DNA of 64,000 nucleotides from Octopus sinensis (Eukaryota). The notes beneath the pieces are model-generated. The model saw only the letters and a program-made list of their open reading frames with translations, did not search any database and was not told where the DNA came from. A program made the position numbers and the translations under genes. This document shows, one piece after another, positions 1 to 11,959 of the stretch. The stretch lies in assembly GCF_006345805.1 (NCBI RefSeq), contig NC_042998.1, positions 133,548,001-133,612,000 of the forward strand, in the 5' to 3' direction. Position 1 is the first letter of the stretch. Each line of letters opens with the position of its first letter.

Positions 1-257
1 TATAGCATATTTGCCACTCAAATATGGCTAACCACTAAGGGTGGATGCTACTGTAGCTTGTAGCCCGAGGAGAACATCTTCACTAGCTGGCCATTGAAAC
101 ACTTTCTGTTCCCTATCAGTATTTGCGAAGGGAAGCCATCCTTCCCATCGTCGACCTAACGTGATACGCACGGACCTGGGTTTCTGGGTATTTACCCGTC
201 GTCAGCGCACGACAATCACCGGTCTTCGATGCGAAGACCCACATGTAGTTACATTTT

Positions 258-425
258 GTAATATATATATATATATGTATGTATACATGTACATATGTAT
301 GTGTATGTATGTTTGTATGTATGTATGTATGTATGTATGTATGTATGAATGCATGTATTATATATCAACATATATACATATACATATATAAAATTCTATC
401 TAAGTACTCTCATAGTATATATATG
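258..425. repeat. (TA)n/(TATG)n compound microsatellite
   Basis: Directly visible tandem repeats. Confidence 0.95.
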
Positions 426-1519
426 TAGAGTGTCTATAATTGTGCATATATGTATGGGTGCATGTGTTTAAAATTGGAGTAATCTTATCTACGCTCGGTA
501 AACCAGTACGATTTCAGAGAAGACACATTGCTGCATCAGTTATGGTTTTGGAACTCACATTATTGCGATTGAAAGCCCAAACAGGATTAACACAGCCAAA
601 TCAAACACCGTATAACAATTGATGAATACAATATGACTATGAAACATTTGTAGGTGATATAATTTGCGAAATATAACTTTTACAACATTACAATAATAAT
701 AATAATAATAACCATTATGATCATTATATTTTTTTTTATAAATTTCCGGAATTTGCAGAATCCTCTTTAGTTGAAATCTGAAAAGATATGAAAAGCTGAA
801 AGCAACAACACAAAAGGTGATAGTGTATCAAAGTGGAATGGATTAACTGTCAACGTTGAACAGTTACATGCTCGTTATATAAAATGTGGAAGAAATTTCA
901 CACTGATGTAAAAATGTAAATAAAAAAAAAATTGACGTAAGTTTTATGTGTTTTTTTTCTATGTGTGTTTATTTGTCTGTAGGTATACTTGTGTGTTTTA
1001 TGACATGTTTTAGTGCTTTCATAACGATAATGAACTTTGTGATGTTTTTACGATATTTTTGTGAGGGATATAAATTTTATGATGTAATTTTTATGACTAT
1101 GATGAATGGAACATCCAAATTATATTCAACATTTCAAAACGATATGAAACTAAATTCAATTTATTCTTGCGGTGAAACTAGTCTCCATTCATCATCGGCG
1201 ATTCATTTATCATGTATAGAGAGGAAAAAGCCCAGCACATATTTTATGAGCAGTGGAAAAAAAAAATGCCTTTTGAAACTGCTATGGCTAAGTGCTCCGA
1301 ATAACCCCACTGCAGATATTCAGCTTGTGCTCTTCACAATATAATGGGAAAATTTTACAAACAAACAAATGAAGCAACTGAAACAAACAAATAAAAAAGA
1401 AGTAAATTTTAAAAAAAGGACATGAACGATCTGTTAAGCTACTGTGATTGTGTGGTCTCCTCGCAAATTCATTTTTGACATCTTAATTTAATGATAGTAT
1501 TTCTTTCATTTCTTTACCT

Positions 1520-1520
<1 letters not shown>

Positions 1521-1578
<58 letters not shown>

Positions 1579-1620
1579 TGTGTGTGTGCGCGCGTGCGTG
1601 CGTGCGTGCGTGCGTGTGTG
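1521..1620. repeat. (TG)n/(GCGT)n microsatellite
   Basis: Directly visible. Confidence 0.95.
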
Positions 1621-1865
1621 CATTAATGACAACGATAAAAATAAATGTAGGAAATGCAATCGATTCATTTAATCTGAAAAGCGCAAGCGAAACGAGAATG
1701 GCAGACATTTGAAAGGTAAGAGCTGACTTTGAATTGGAAGAGACGAACTTTTATGTAACATATACTGTACCGTATTCAAGTTCATGTTATTGGGAAATAT
1801 CAATTGCTACTCTCTTTCAATAGCCCCATTTCTCTCGCTAAATTTCTCCCTCTCGGTACGTATAA

Positions 1866-2152
1866 ACATATATAATACATACATACATGCATGTTTACAT
1901 ACATATATACATACATACATACATACATACATACATACATACATACATACATACATACATACAAACATATATATATATATATATATATATATTCATACAT
2001 ACATGCAAACATACATACATACATACATACATACATACATACATACATACATACATACATACATACATACATACATACATACATACATACATACATACAT
2101 ACATACATACATACATACATACATACATACATACATACATACATACATACAT
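1866..2152. repeat. (CATA)n with internal (TA)n
   Basis: Directly visible; explains the overlapping YIHT/MYVC ORFs. Confidence 0.95.
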
Positions 2153-2939
2153 GCATTAGAGTGTGTATTCCAATTATATTTCCATCTCTATAGCCTTGCT
2201 CTTTTTCGTCATTCATGTCGTTATGTCAGAATTATTTTTGTCATTTCGAATGAATATTGTGTACCGGTGAAAGCTATCTAAGATGAAATTACATTCTGGA
2301 AATTCTTTACATTAATGAGGGTAAGAAGCCCTGAATAAAAAAAATTGTGCATTCATGTTAATTCTATTATATGATATTTTATTTTTTGTGGGGCGGCTTT
2401 TTTTCTGTTTCAGTTCTCCCACCCATGTCACTGCAACAAGGAACCATAAAATTGTTTAATAATTCAAGTCGGGTGTGTACATCGGAAGTTTGATGATTGC
2501 TCTTGCTTTATACGAACCCTTAAATAATGTGTACCAAGCTATGTGGTTTAAAACATTATGCCTGACAGAGATCATGATATCCTTTGTGGTTGACAAGTAA
2601 AAGCTATTTCAGTACTCACTGGTCACTTCGGCGAAGCATGCAGTCTAAGAAGAGATGAAATGCGTGTGAACTTGAGGTACCTACTGTTGATACGGAAATG
2701 ATTTCGACATTAGAATGGTTTGAGAAGAAGAGAAGTTCTTGCGATTTCTGCGTAGGGCAAACCATCTCCGATGTTTATTTAACCTCATTTGTGAGATTAA
2801 AGCCTAAATGCAAATATACATATAAGGTAATAATACTTAAATGAATTCAGCGGAATATATGATTAATTATTGTAAGACTTGAGGATGTAATAACTAATGC
2901 GTTGATTATTTTTGACAGAATTCAGTTGTTTACTTGTGT

Positions 2940-3260
2940 CGCGTTTTCGCATCTTACATCTTACATCAAAGATACATCGGTCTAAAACTGCGATTATTAA
3001 CATGGAGTTTCCACATTTCTTCAACTGTTTTCACACTTCTTGATAATATTTATTTTTTGATACTGAACTGAGCATCGGAAAGATTTGATCCTATAAGAAT
3101 ATTTTATTCTGATGAGGCGCTTTTCTATGACGTTTCTACATTACAATACAATTTAGAATTTTGGTACGTTGAGCAGCCGAGCCACCTCTAGAAAGAAACT
3201 TTCTTGATCACAAATGTATGATGTTCTGCATTAGACTATTCCATAGCAACTGAAATGAAT
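2940..3260 (+). pseudogene. Highly decayed IS630/Tc1/mariner-type transposase fragment
   Basis: One frame reads DPIRIFYSDEALFYDVSTLQYNLEFWYVEQP, resembling the IxFSDEAxF...NxRxWxxEQP motif around the first catalytic Asp; many stops nearby. Confidence 0.35.
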
Positions 3261-3433
3261 CCGTGTCTATTGCTTAGTGCCACAGATCACGTAAGCGTCT
3301 CTCTCCGTTCTCATTAATAAATTCCTTTTGAAATTATTTTAAAGCCCATGAGGTTTCCTTGCCAGATTCTGTCTGAGATGAGGGGAGCACTCAACAACAC
3401 GTTGTAGAATCTTGTTTATTTCATCTTCTAAAC

Positions 3434-3954
3434 CAATGGTTTTTAACCTGTGTTCTTATTTAATTATTTTTTGTGGCACCTCTTTTTAAATAGTTCTTAT
3501 GCCTAGCGCGCACCTAAGTGGCGAATGAGGTATCACGACTAAACTAACTTGGCACAGACGGTAATTTATAAATTTTACTCGTCAAAATGGATTTTATAAG
3601 CATTTAGCTGTGAAATGATAAAATATTGATGAAGACAAAAGTTCTGAATTTACTTTATACATTGCAAGTTAATGACTTCCTTGTACCTGATGACATTTAG
3701 CTAAATTTTCTATATCCGGTTCAATGTTAGTTAAAAGAAGTCGTAAGTCTCCACTTTGACTTATTGCAAATTTATTGCGTTGCTTAATCAGAAATTTAGA
3801 GATACCACACTAAATCCTTTGTATAATATAATTACAACTATAGGCAACATTTAGTATGTTGACTATGTTACTGCATCGCCCCCTCACTCTAAAGCCTAAC
3901 GCCTCTTCCGACAGGCTCTGCGTCCCCTTTTACTGCCAACATTGTGAACCTCTG
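3434..3954 (-). mobile_element. hAT (Charlie/Buster-like) deletion derivative
   Basis: Minus strand 3820-3669 reads ...KQRNKFAISQSGDLRLLLTNIEPDIENLAKCHQVQGSH*, a typical hAT transposase C-terminus. Ends CAATGGTTTTTAAC and (reverse complement) CAGAGGTTCACAA resemble Charlie TIRs. Degenerate 8-bp flanks TTCTAAAC/TTCTTTTC. Confidence 0.75.
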
Positions 3955-4916
3955 TTCTTTTCTTGGGAAAATACATTTTGATCAAATTATAGGAAGTCTG
4001 AACTCTGCCATAGTATGTTAACATTTTTTAACGTTTGTTTTTTATAATCTCCTAATTCTCAAGTAAAACATTGATATACAAATCGCTCGGCAGTGTACCG
4101 TGATTGATCTCGGAACTTTGTAATTACCGATAAAATAAGATTCTCAGAAAATAAAATAATTGATGTAGAGCATAGCTGTTAGCACAATAATTATATATTT
4201 TGACTAGGCACGCGAGAAATTTCTATACACAATTATAATTTCAACTTGTACTTCTTCTACAATAATTGGTTATTGACAGAAAGAGATGGCTATTGTAAAT
4301 TTTAAACAGCTATGTGTCACTAAAATTGAATATATAAAATAATAACTCTAGGTTCTTCAATACATCCTAAATATTGGCTTACTAATAATTGTCTAGCGAC
4401 TACAGTCAGCCGGTAACAGCGTTTCGACATTTCTTGGAAATTTCGGTCAACAAAATTTAGCTAGATGAACACGTATACCTATTTTAAAAGAAAATAACGA
4501 TCATTAACGAGTAAGGAAAACGCTACACAGTTGACCAACTTTCCAAATAACAGTGTTTTCAATATCATGAATGCAAGAGCGAGCAACAGCTAATATCGGC
4601 ACATCTAGAAATCTACTCTAACACGAAATATAGTGTCGAAGAGAAAGCTGATGACCACAGTATTTGACTACTCGTTGTTACTGACTATACGTTGTGACAG
4701 TACTCTCAATATAAATCTAATCTATCAAACCGTACAGTGATTCACTAGGTTAGGAACAAATCACTACTGCCTGTTACACTAATCCAGTAGTCTCAGGTTA
4801 TCGTATTTTTGCAGTCCTTCCTCGCTGACTTCTTGCTGCAGTACATAATAGATAAATCCTATGGTTTTTGTACCACCTAAACAGGTTAAGAGATTTCTAA
4901 ATATAGTTTGGAACTT

Positions 4917-5280
4917 GGCTGTATCATGCGCGGGGTCATAGAAATAATCGGACTGAATACCCGATCGCGCGGTTAAACCATTGGAAGAAAGGACTCCTAG
5001 CCTTTGTTAGGGCATCCTTCTAGAAGGTAACTCAGGTAACCGGGATGACTCCGACATAAAATCTGCGGCTCAGTAGTTACCGATGATGTTGACTTGTTCT
5101 TCTTTTCGGATTATGGGTGCTGTTGCTTAGTGAGTGGGATTGACTCAGTGCACAGCCTTTCCTCACTTTAAAAAAATCTTCTTGCACAGGCATTGCACGT
5201 TAACAACATTGATTAAGCTTCGTGCAATGGCCATACTCGATAACGAGGGGCAGCCACCATGTATGTATGTATGTATGTAT
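4917..5280 (+). mobile_element. Non-autonomous RTE-related retroposon, 5'-truncated, (ATGT)n tail
   Basis: High-identity inverted match to 9366-9707; ends GGCAGCCAC followed by (ATGT)n. CTAG(GA)GAAGGTAACTC...TAAAA(T/C)CTGCGGC resembles RTE 5'UTR motifs (recalled, not verified). Confidence 0.6.
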
Positions 5281-5739
5281 CTGTACACACACATGTATAT
5301 GAAACTAGTGTCAATACTAGTATTATTTCATATGTTGATGTGTTCACTATACCAAATATAACATTTCGTGAGGTTTTGTTACGGCATGATCTTTATGGTG
5401 GTTGCATTTAACCAGCTGGAATGCCAAACTATTAACATTCTGCATTATGACTGTGACAAGATACTGACGTGTCATGGATATGTAGGTCATGGATACGAAA
5501 AAATCAACGGATTTGAGAATGGTTGCTTCGAGAAACATTACCAAAATTTTGATCGACTGAAGCATCAAATGAAGGTTTCTATATTTAAACAAACTGTAAT
5601 AATGTGGTTTTAGAGACCATGTGTCGACTTTGATAGTTGTGTTATCAATAGTATTGTACCATTTGTTGTATGCTGTTGCTTACTTAGAATTAGTAGTATG
5701 TGATACAGTAATATGAATTTTGTCTTTCCAGTGTACTAA

Positions 5740-5996
5740 GATGAAATTCCCCCTTCTAAAATTTCTCCCTGGGGAAGTTTTGCCTAGAAGATTTTCCCCA
5801 CCCTCGTGGCTTAATTTCCTCCTTCCAGAATGTATTAATCAATAATTTGATTGGTAATGAAGAATAACATAGTGGAGTACGAAATTCATCCCAGGTAAAT
5901 TTTTCAGGTTAGGCCTTAGAATTAGTTGGAGGTGCGGTTTAAGGTTAGAGTTAGGGTTTAGGGTTTGGATTACCCACACGTTGAATGTGTGGGTAA
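5740..5996. mobile_element. MITE/Helentron-associated (HINE-like) fragment with terminal hairpin
   Basis: Repeated GGGGAA(A/G)TTT motifs, degenerate GGTTAG run, perfect 10-bp stem TTACCCACAC/GTGTGGGTAA at 5970-5996. Confidence 0.4.
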
Positions 5997-6266
5997 AAAA
6001 AATCTTCAAGAATAAATGGAACCGTTATGTCTATATACCAAGACAAGATCACAAAAGACAAAAAAATCTAGCGTTTGATGAAAGATATTTATTTTATTAC
6101 CATGTATAAACACGCAATTACATATTGTTTATATATATATGTGTGTGTGTGTGTGTATGTGTGTGAGTGTGTATATATGTATGTATGTATATATATTAAT
6201 AATAATAAATGACAACAAAAGAATGAATGAGCCCTCGACATTATGTAAATAGAGGAATTTATCTAT

Positions 6267-6790
6267 AATATAATATGTGACGATTAGTTGGTTGCCATAA
6301 TAAAACTCAGAGTTTCGGATGTTGGGGCGGAAGTCTGCTCCGGCATCTCATCAGTTATTAAGACAAACAAAAATGCTATGAAAATGATCGATAAAGAAAG
6401 GTAAATTACTATGAAGATGACCGTTATTGAAACAAACGAAAGAGCAACGAAAATGACAGTTAAATAAAGGGAAATTACCCGAATAGGGAGAAAGTAAAAT
6501 ACTCGAAGAAGGTAAACTCACGCTCATAGAATCCACGTGTGCGGATTCTATGAGCGTGGGTTTTCCTTCTTCGAGTTTTTTTCTTTCTCCCTATTCGGAT
6601 CATTCTCACGGGTCTTTTGTTTGTCTCAATAACGGTCATCTTCATAGTAACTTCCCTTTATTGAACGGTCGTTTTCATTGCATTTTTGTTTGTCTTGATA
6701 ACTGACGAGATGCCGGAGCACACTTCTGCCCCGACATCCGAAACTCTGAGTTTTATTATGGCAACCGACTAATCGTCACATATCATATTA
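6267..6790. repeat. ~520 bp imperfect palindrome (fold-back element)
   Basis: Arms 6267-6534 and 6543-6790 are reverse complements; centre CACGCTCATAGAATCC-acgtgtgc-GGATTCTATGAGCGTG. Confidence 0.9.
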
Positions 6791-6797
6791 CAGATGT

Positions 6798-6849
<52 letters not shown>

Positions 6850-6904
6850 ATTGTAATATAATACTTCTTCTAAACTTCATACATAGATTATGTTCTGAAT
6901 TACG

Positions 6905-7070
6905 AAGGGGGTCACTTTTGCCAAGAGGTGAGAATTTTTTCTTTAGGATGAAATTTCCCCAGGAGAAAAATTTGTCCAGGCACTTTTTCCGAAGGGAGGA
7001 AATTCACCCCAGGCAAATTTTTCCGGGGGGAATTTCATCCAGTGGGAAAGAAATTGACTGCTACACCGGT
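6905..7070. mobile_element. Fragment related in inverted orientation to 5740-5996
   Basis: GGGGGAATTTCATC (7026-7039) is the reverse complement of GATGAAATTCCCCC (5740-5753); same GGGGAAATT-type subrepeats. Confidence 0.4.
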
Positions 7071-7900
7071 ACAGAATAGAGTAATGCTCAGTCAGTTAAT
7101 TTTCTATTGTTTCATCCATAATGGGAATTTATATAAAAATGAAACAGCACTAAACGTTTTTACTTCTGCTATAAAACAGTTAAACTATAATACCTACATA
7201 TGTTAAGTTTAGTCATAAAATACTAATTTCATGCATTAGTCATTATTTAAACTTCGTATATTAGTCACCATTATAATATTTTGTTTCTATTTACGATGTC
7301 TTTGATAGCATGTTTTAATTATTTATTATATATTCAATTAATAAATTAACAACGTACCCATTGTGATAAGTTTAATGAATTGTTTCCTTTATTAATTCAA
7401 TATGGTTTTGAAATGATATTTTCTTTGTTAAAAAGCCTAACGCTAATCTAACCTCGATATCCCTCTAAACTCAGCTGTATACCTAATCCAATTATTAAAC
7501 TGACCTAATTTCATTGCATAACAGAGAAATCCAAAATGCAATTGACCCTTAATGAAAATATATATAATTATAAACATGTTATAATTTGCTTTCCTGTTAA
7601 CTCGGTTCCTCTTCTTTCTGCGACTTTTTCGCGAACCTTTCAAACTATAGATATTCTTATAAAGATTACTGCCTCCACATCTAAGTTGGTTGGTTGTAAG
7701 GATTGCTCTCGTTGTTGACGTTATAATGATGGGATTGTTGGTAAAAGTAGAGGTGGTAGTGGGGGTTGTATTAGCAGTGATAGTGCAACTGCAACACACC
7801 CAAACATCTTCCACTGGATTCATAAGAAAGTTTATGAATTAGTAAATTCTTTCTAGAGGCTTAGGCAGATAGTCAGACAGATACATACATAAATACATAC

Positions 7901-9303
7901 GTTGATGAGATCCAAACCATTGATGAGAAAACCCGGAAAATACTAACAAGCAGACATAATTTCCACATAAAATGACAAAAAAAAAGGTCGCAGAGGCTAG
8001 ACATTGATCCAAAATGCTCTTTGAATGCCGTATCATATCCCCTCGGCAACATCTTTTAACCACGAAGTTAAAATACATTTCTTGACCAAATTTGCATACA
8101 TGAGGCTGATAACATCATATCCCCTCGGCAACATCTTTTAACCACGAAGTTAAAATACATTTCTTGACCAAATTTGCATACATGAGGCTGATAACATCAT
8201 AAAGCTTGGAAAGCAGCTCCTTGAGCAACATTCATTGTATGGTATCTTTAAATACATTCCCAAAGAAGCTATTCAACTCTACCGCAATGTATCGTCAGAT
8301 GAAAGGATGGGCATATGTGAACAGAAGACCGTGCACAGAAATATTAGTAAAAAGCTCCGAGACGATAGTAACATTGATCATCAAAGCAGTTTATCATAGA
8401 CCAATAACTGGTTTACTACCTCACACTTTGAAGGGTATGATTTTGCGATCCAGGAACAGCAAATATCAACCAAATACCTGATGCACAAAAGGAATAGAGA
8501 TGCAGGAAAAAAAGTAAAACGTGACAACCAATGCAAACTTTGTGGAGTTAACACCGGAGATATCACCCACATCAAAAGCAGTTGTCCGAAAACATCATTT
8601 CGGCATTATATACCAATGAGACTTGATGTTGTAGCTGGGACACTATATAATGAAATCCGTTGGAAGGATAACCCAGAGGATAAAGAAATAAGAACCTACA
8701 GCATGGTAAAAGCCATAGCCACTCATAATAAAAAGAAGTGCTAGTGGAATGTCCCAGTGAAAACCTCAATAAAACGTAAGCACAACAGAGCTGATATAAT
8801 GATTTAAGACAGAGAAGAGAAGTTGTGTTCAGTTGTGTAAATCAGCTGCCCAGCAGATGTTAACACGAAACTGAAGATCAGTGAAAAAGAAAATACCTAT
8901 GCTGAACTATTGAGAAATCTGTAGTTACTCTATCCAGATTGCAAGTTCAGATTTATACTTGTAATTATTGGGGTCCTGGGATATGTAACGCACTACCTAA
9001 ATACCAATCTTGAGAAATTAAGCTTCTCAAAATCAGAAAGAAGAAAGCTGATTCGAAGACCACATATCCAACCAATACTGGAACTGTAAAAATCTGTAAA
9101 ATCTTTCAGAAGTTTATTATTTAAGTGTATATGAGCATGTCTAGATATGCAAGTATATGCATGCGAAGATAAATCTGCTAATGTACATACATAGAAAAAT
9201 ACCCTATTGATATAGTTGAAATTCCAATGAAGGAGCCTTGGATCTAGGTTAGAAAGCGAGTCTTTCACTATTGGCCAGAAATCTTGAAATAACACTGAAT
9301 AAT
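7901..9303 (+). mobile_element. 5'-truncated decayed R4/Dong-clade non-LTR retrotransposon (RT thumb, CCHC knuckle, restriction-like endonuclease)
   Basis: EIQTIDEKTRKILTSRHNFH; CKLCGVNTGDITHIKSSCP; HNRADIMI; ISCPADVN; VIIGVLG. Flanked by TACA repeats on both sides. Confidence 0.85.
8032..8201. repeat. 82-bp tandem duplication inside the R4-clade element
   Basis: CATATCCCCTCGGCAAC... starts at 8034 and at 8116; the two copies look identical. Confidence 0.95.
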
Positions 9304-9319
9304 GACACACATACATACA

Positions 9320-9350
<31 letters not shown>

Positions 9351-9365
9351 GTACATACATACATA

Positions 9366-9912
9366 GTGGCTGCCCTCTCGTTATCGAGTATGGCCATTGC
9401 ACAAAGCTTAATCAATGTCGTTATCGGGCAATGCCTGTGCAAGAAGATTTTTTTTAAAGTGAGGCTGTGCACTGAATCAATCCCACTCACTAAGCAACAG
9501 CAGCCATAATCCGAAAAGAAGAACCAGTCAACATCATCGGTAACTACTGAGCCGCAGGTTTTATGTCGGAGTTATCCCTGTTACCTGAGTTACCTTCTCC
9601 TAGAAGGATGCCCTAACAAAGGCTAAGAGTCCTTCACTCCCAATGGTTTAACCGCGTGATCGGGTATTCAGTCCGATTATTTCTATGTTCCCGCGCATGA
9701 TACAGCCTTAAGACATTTTTTGGATGGCTGTTGACTCTCAAGAGCTCCTCCGCTCTTTGACGGGTTTTGTTTTTCATCCTGTAGGGTATCCAATAAACAA
9801 CCTTCTCACCAAGCAAGCTTGGTGGGGTTGCCGGTTTAGTCGCCGACGACCCGACCATGCAACAGGTTGTACTGAGTTACATGTTACCAGTAGCACTCGA
9901 AAGTGACCTGAC
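9366..9912 (-). mobile_element. Longer (~550 bp) copy of the RTE-related non-autonomous retroposon, flanked by (TATG)n
   Basis: 9366-9707 is the reverse complement of 4917-5258; an extra 5' segment runs to 9912; (CATA)n tracts on both sides. Confidence 0.65.
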
Positions 9913-10019
9913 ATAAACATACATACATACATACATACATACATACATACATACATACATACATACATACATGCATACATACATACATACATACATACAT
10001 ACATACATACATACATACA

Positions 10020-10050
<31 letters not shown>
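9913..10050. repeat. (CATA)n microsatellite
   Basis: Directly visible. Confidence 0.95.
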
Positions 10051-10051
<1 letters not shown>

Positions 10052-11529
10052 AACAGACAAACAAACAGGCAAAGTGGTATTGTGAATGTTTAACATATAT
10101 GGGTATATATTGTGCAGTAGTTAATTATTATTTGAAATAAAACACAAAGATGGGAATCTAATGTAAATTATATTATGTGAGGGCATAAGTATTAGGTCTA
10201 ACGTCACTTGACACAAAAAGCAACCCGCATCTCTGCGACGGATTCACTGTTTCTATAATTAACGATTAAACTACCGACACTTGAGCTGTAGTTTCCATCA
10301 CTGAGCGGTTGACCTCTGTTCCAAATAGGCAAATAAGTGTAAATCCATCGACGTCACTCTACTTCTATATAACATATTCACGTTATGTTTAGCTGAACAA
10401 CCGAAGTTATTACAAAGGATAACACAAGGGTGTAAGCATTAAGAGATAAAAGCACGGAATATTTTTCATAGATGAACTAAACCAGGCTCTAACCGCTCTT
10501 AACATGACAGCGACTGTAAGCTGTGGAGAGGTGTTATTACCTATTCAACACCCATACATACATACATACATACATACATACATACATACATACATACATA
10601 CATACATACACATGTATATATATATATATATATTATATATATATATATATATATAATTCTGTTTACACAGGAGCCTTTTCTTCTCTTTCGTTTCTAACCT
10701 ATTTATGTCTTTTCTCTTGTTTAGATCCATCTTCCCCACTTATCCCTGAAAAAAAAACCACCTAATGTGTGCCTGTTTGTTAAATGCTTTTCTTCCTTTG
10801 TAAGGCGCCAACAATGGTGCATGAAATAAATTCCATACGAGGAACCTTTTTATTTTTCTCCATACACCTCTATCACACATTTTAGTTTCTCTTTCTCTCC
10901 CTCCCTCTGTCGCTCACTCTCTCTCTAATTTCATATATATGTGTGTATGCGTGTGTGCACACACGTATGTAGGTGTCTGTGAGTGTGTGTGTGACAGAGA
11001 GAGAGAGAGGCAGTCAGAGACACACAGTCAGGGTGAGAGCGAGAGAGTGCGTAGGGAAGCCAACAAAGGCCATCGATATTGTGACTACAATAACCACCAA
11101 CGCTACTACAAACACCTTCACCATCATTGCACTCCTCATCAGACCATTTTTTTTCAAATACGACCATAAGCACCACTGCTATCACCACAACCAACACCAT
11201 TCCCAGCAACAATTCTCGTTTTTCTTTACACAATCACCAACCAATACGCCATCGCCGTCAAAGTGCTTTTCCTGCTAATCTATCGACCAACCAACCAATC
11301 ACGCAATGCATTTGTTTATTCAAACCATTCAACCAAAACAACGAATCCAGCCACTACCACTTGCACCTACCCCTCTCCTACCTCTCCTCTTTCTACTGCC
11401 CCATTTCCTGATGATACTGCTACTACCGCTCCTATATTCTCTTATATTCACCACTAACGGCACCAACAAGAACAACAACAATAATCGCAATAACATCCGA
11501 AGTACTACATATAGATATTATTAACGTGG

Positions 11530-11935
11530 ATTGTCAGAACTGATGGACGGGGAACATAGCTTTCAAATATAAAATGTCCTTGCAATATTAAGCTACGTTC
11601 CTTTACATTCTGAGTTCAAAACCTGTTGAGGTCATCTACGCATTTCATTCCTTCGGGTTAATAGATAAAGTAAAAGTCAAGTAGTGGAATTGATTTATTT
11701 TTGACTTATTTCGTTCCCAAAAATTGCTGGCCTTGTGCCAAAATCTGAAATCAATTTTTAGTTACGTCCCTTTATGTTCTGAGTTCAAAATCTGTTGAGG
11801 TCATTTGCAATCTTTTCATCCCCACGGGGTCGATAAAGTAAAGCACTAGTTTAGTAGCAAGTCAATTTAATAGACTAAACGCCTTCCTTAAATTTCCAGC
11901 GTTGTGCTTCTTTTAGAACCGCGTCGTTGTTTTCA
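11530..11935 (+). mobile_element. Two decayed tRNA-derived SINE modules (Meta/MESC-like core)
   Basis: B-box-like TTCTGAGTTCAAA followed by degenerate TTCATCC..GGGTCGATAAA..AAGTA core. Confidence 0.7.
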
Positions 11936-11959
11936 TTGTCTATTATTAGAATAACTAAG

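Noticed and set aside
3109-3145. CTGATGAG match
   Set aside because: No stem II or GAAA; it is part of the SDE codons of the mariner-like fragment.
5368-5613. 81-aa ORF (HYDCDKILTCHGY...)
   Set aside because: No recognisable motif and weak splice signals; length is compatible with chance.
5943-5968. TTAGGG-like run
   Set aside because: Too short and degenerate for an interstitial telomere; such runs are common in HINE/MITE-type repeats.
7443-7823. Thr-rich ORF with an RKSRRKKR basic stretch and a TTGCAG acceptor-like site (minus strand)
   Set aside because: Consistent with degenerate ACN trinucleotide repeats; no good donor site and no recognisable domain.
9720-9912. HDV-like ribozyme in the RTE-like 5' segment
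   Set aside because: Hairpins are present, but I could not build the nested double pseudoknot by eye; it needs a covariance search.
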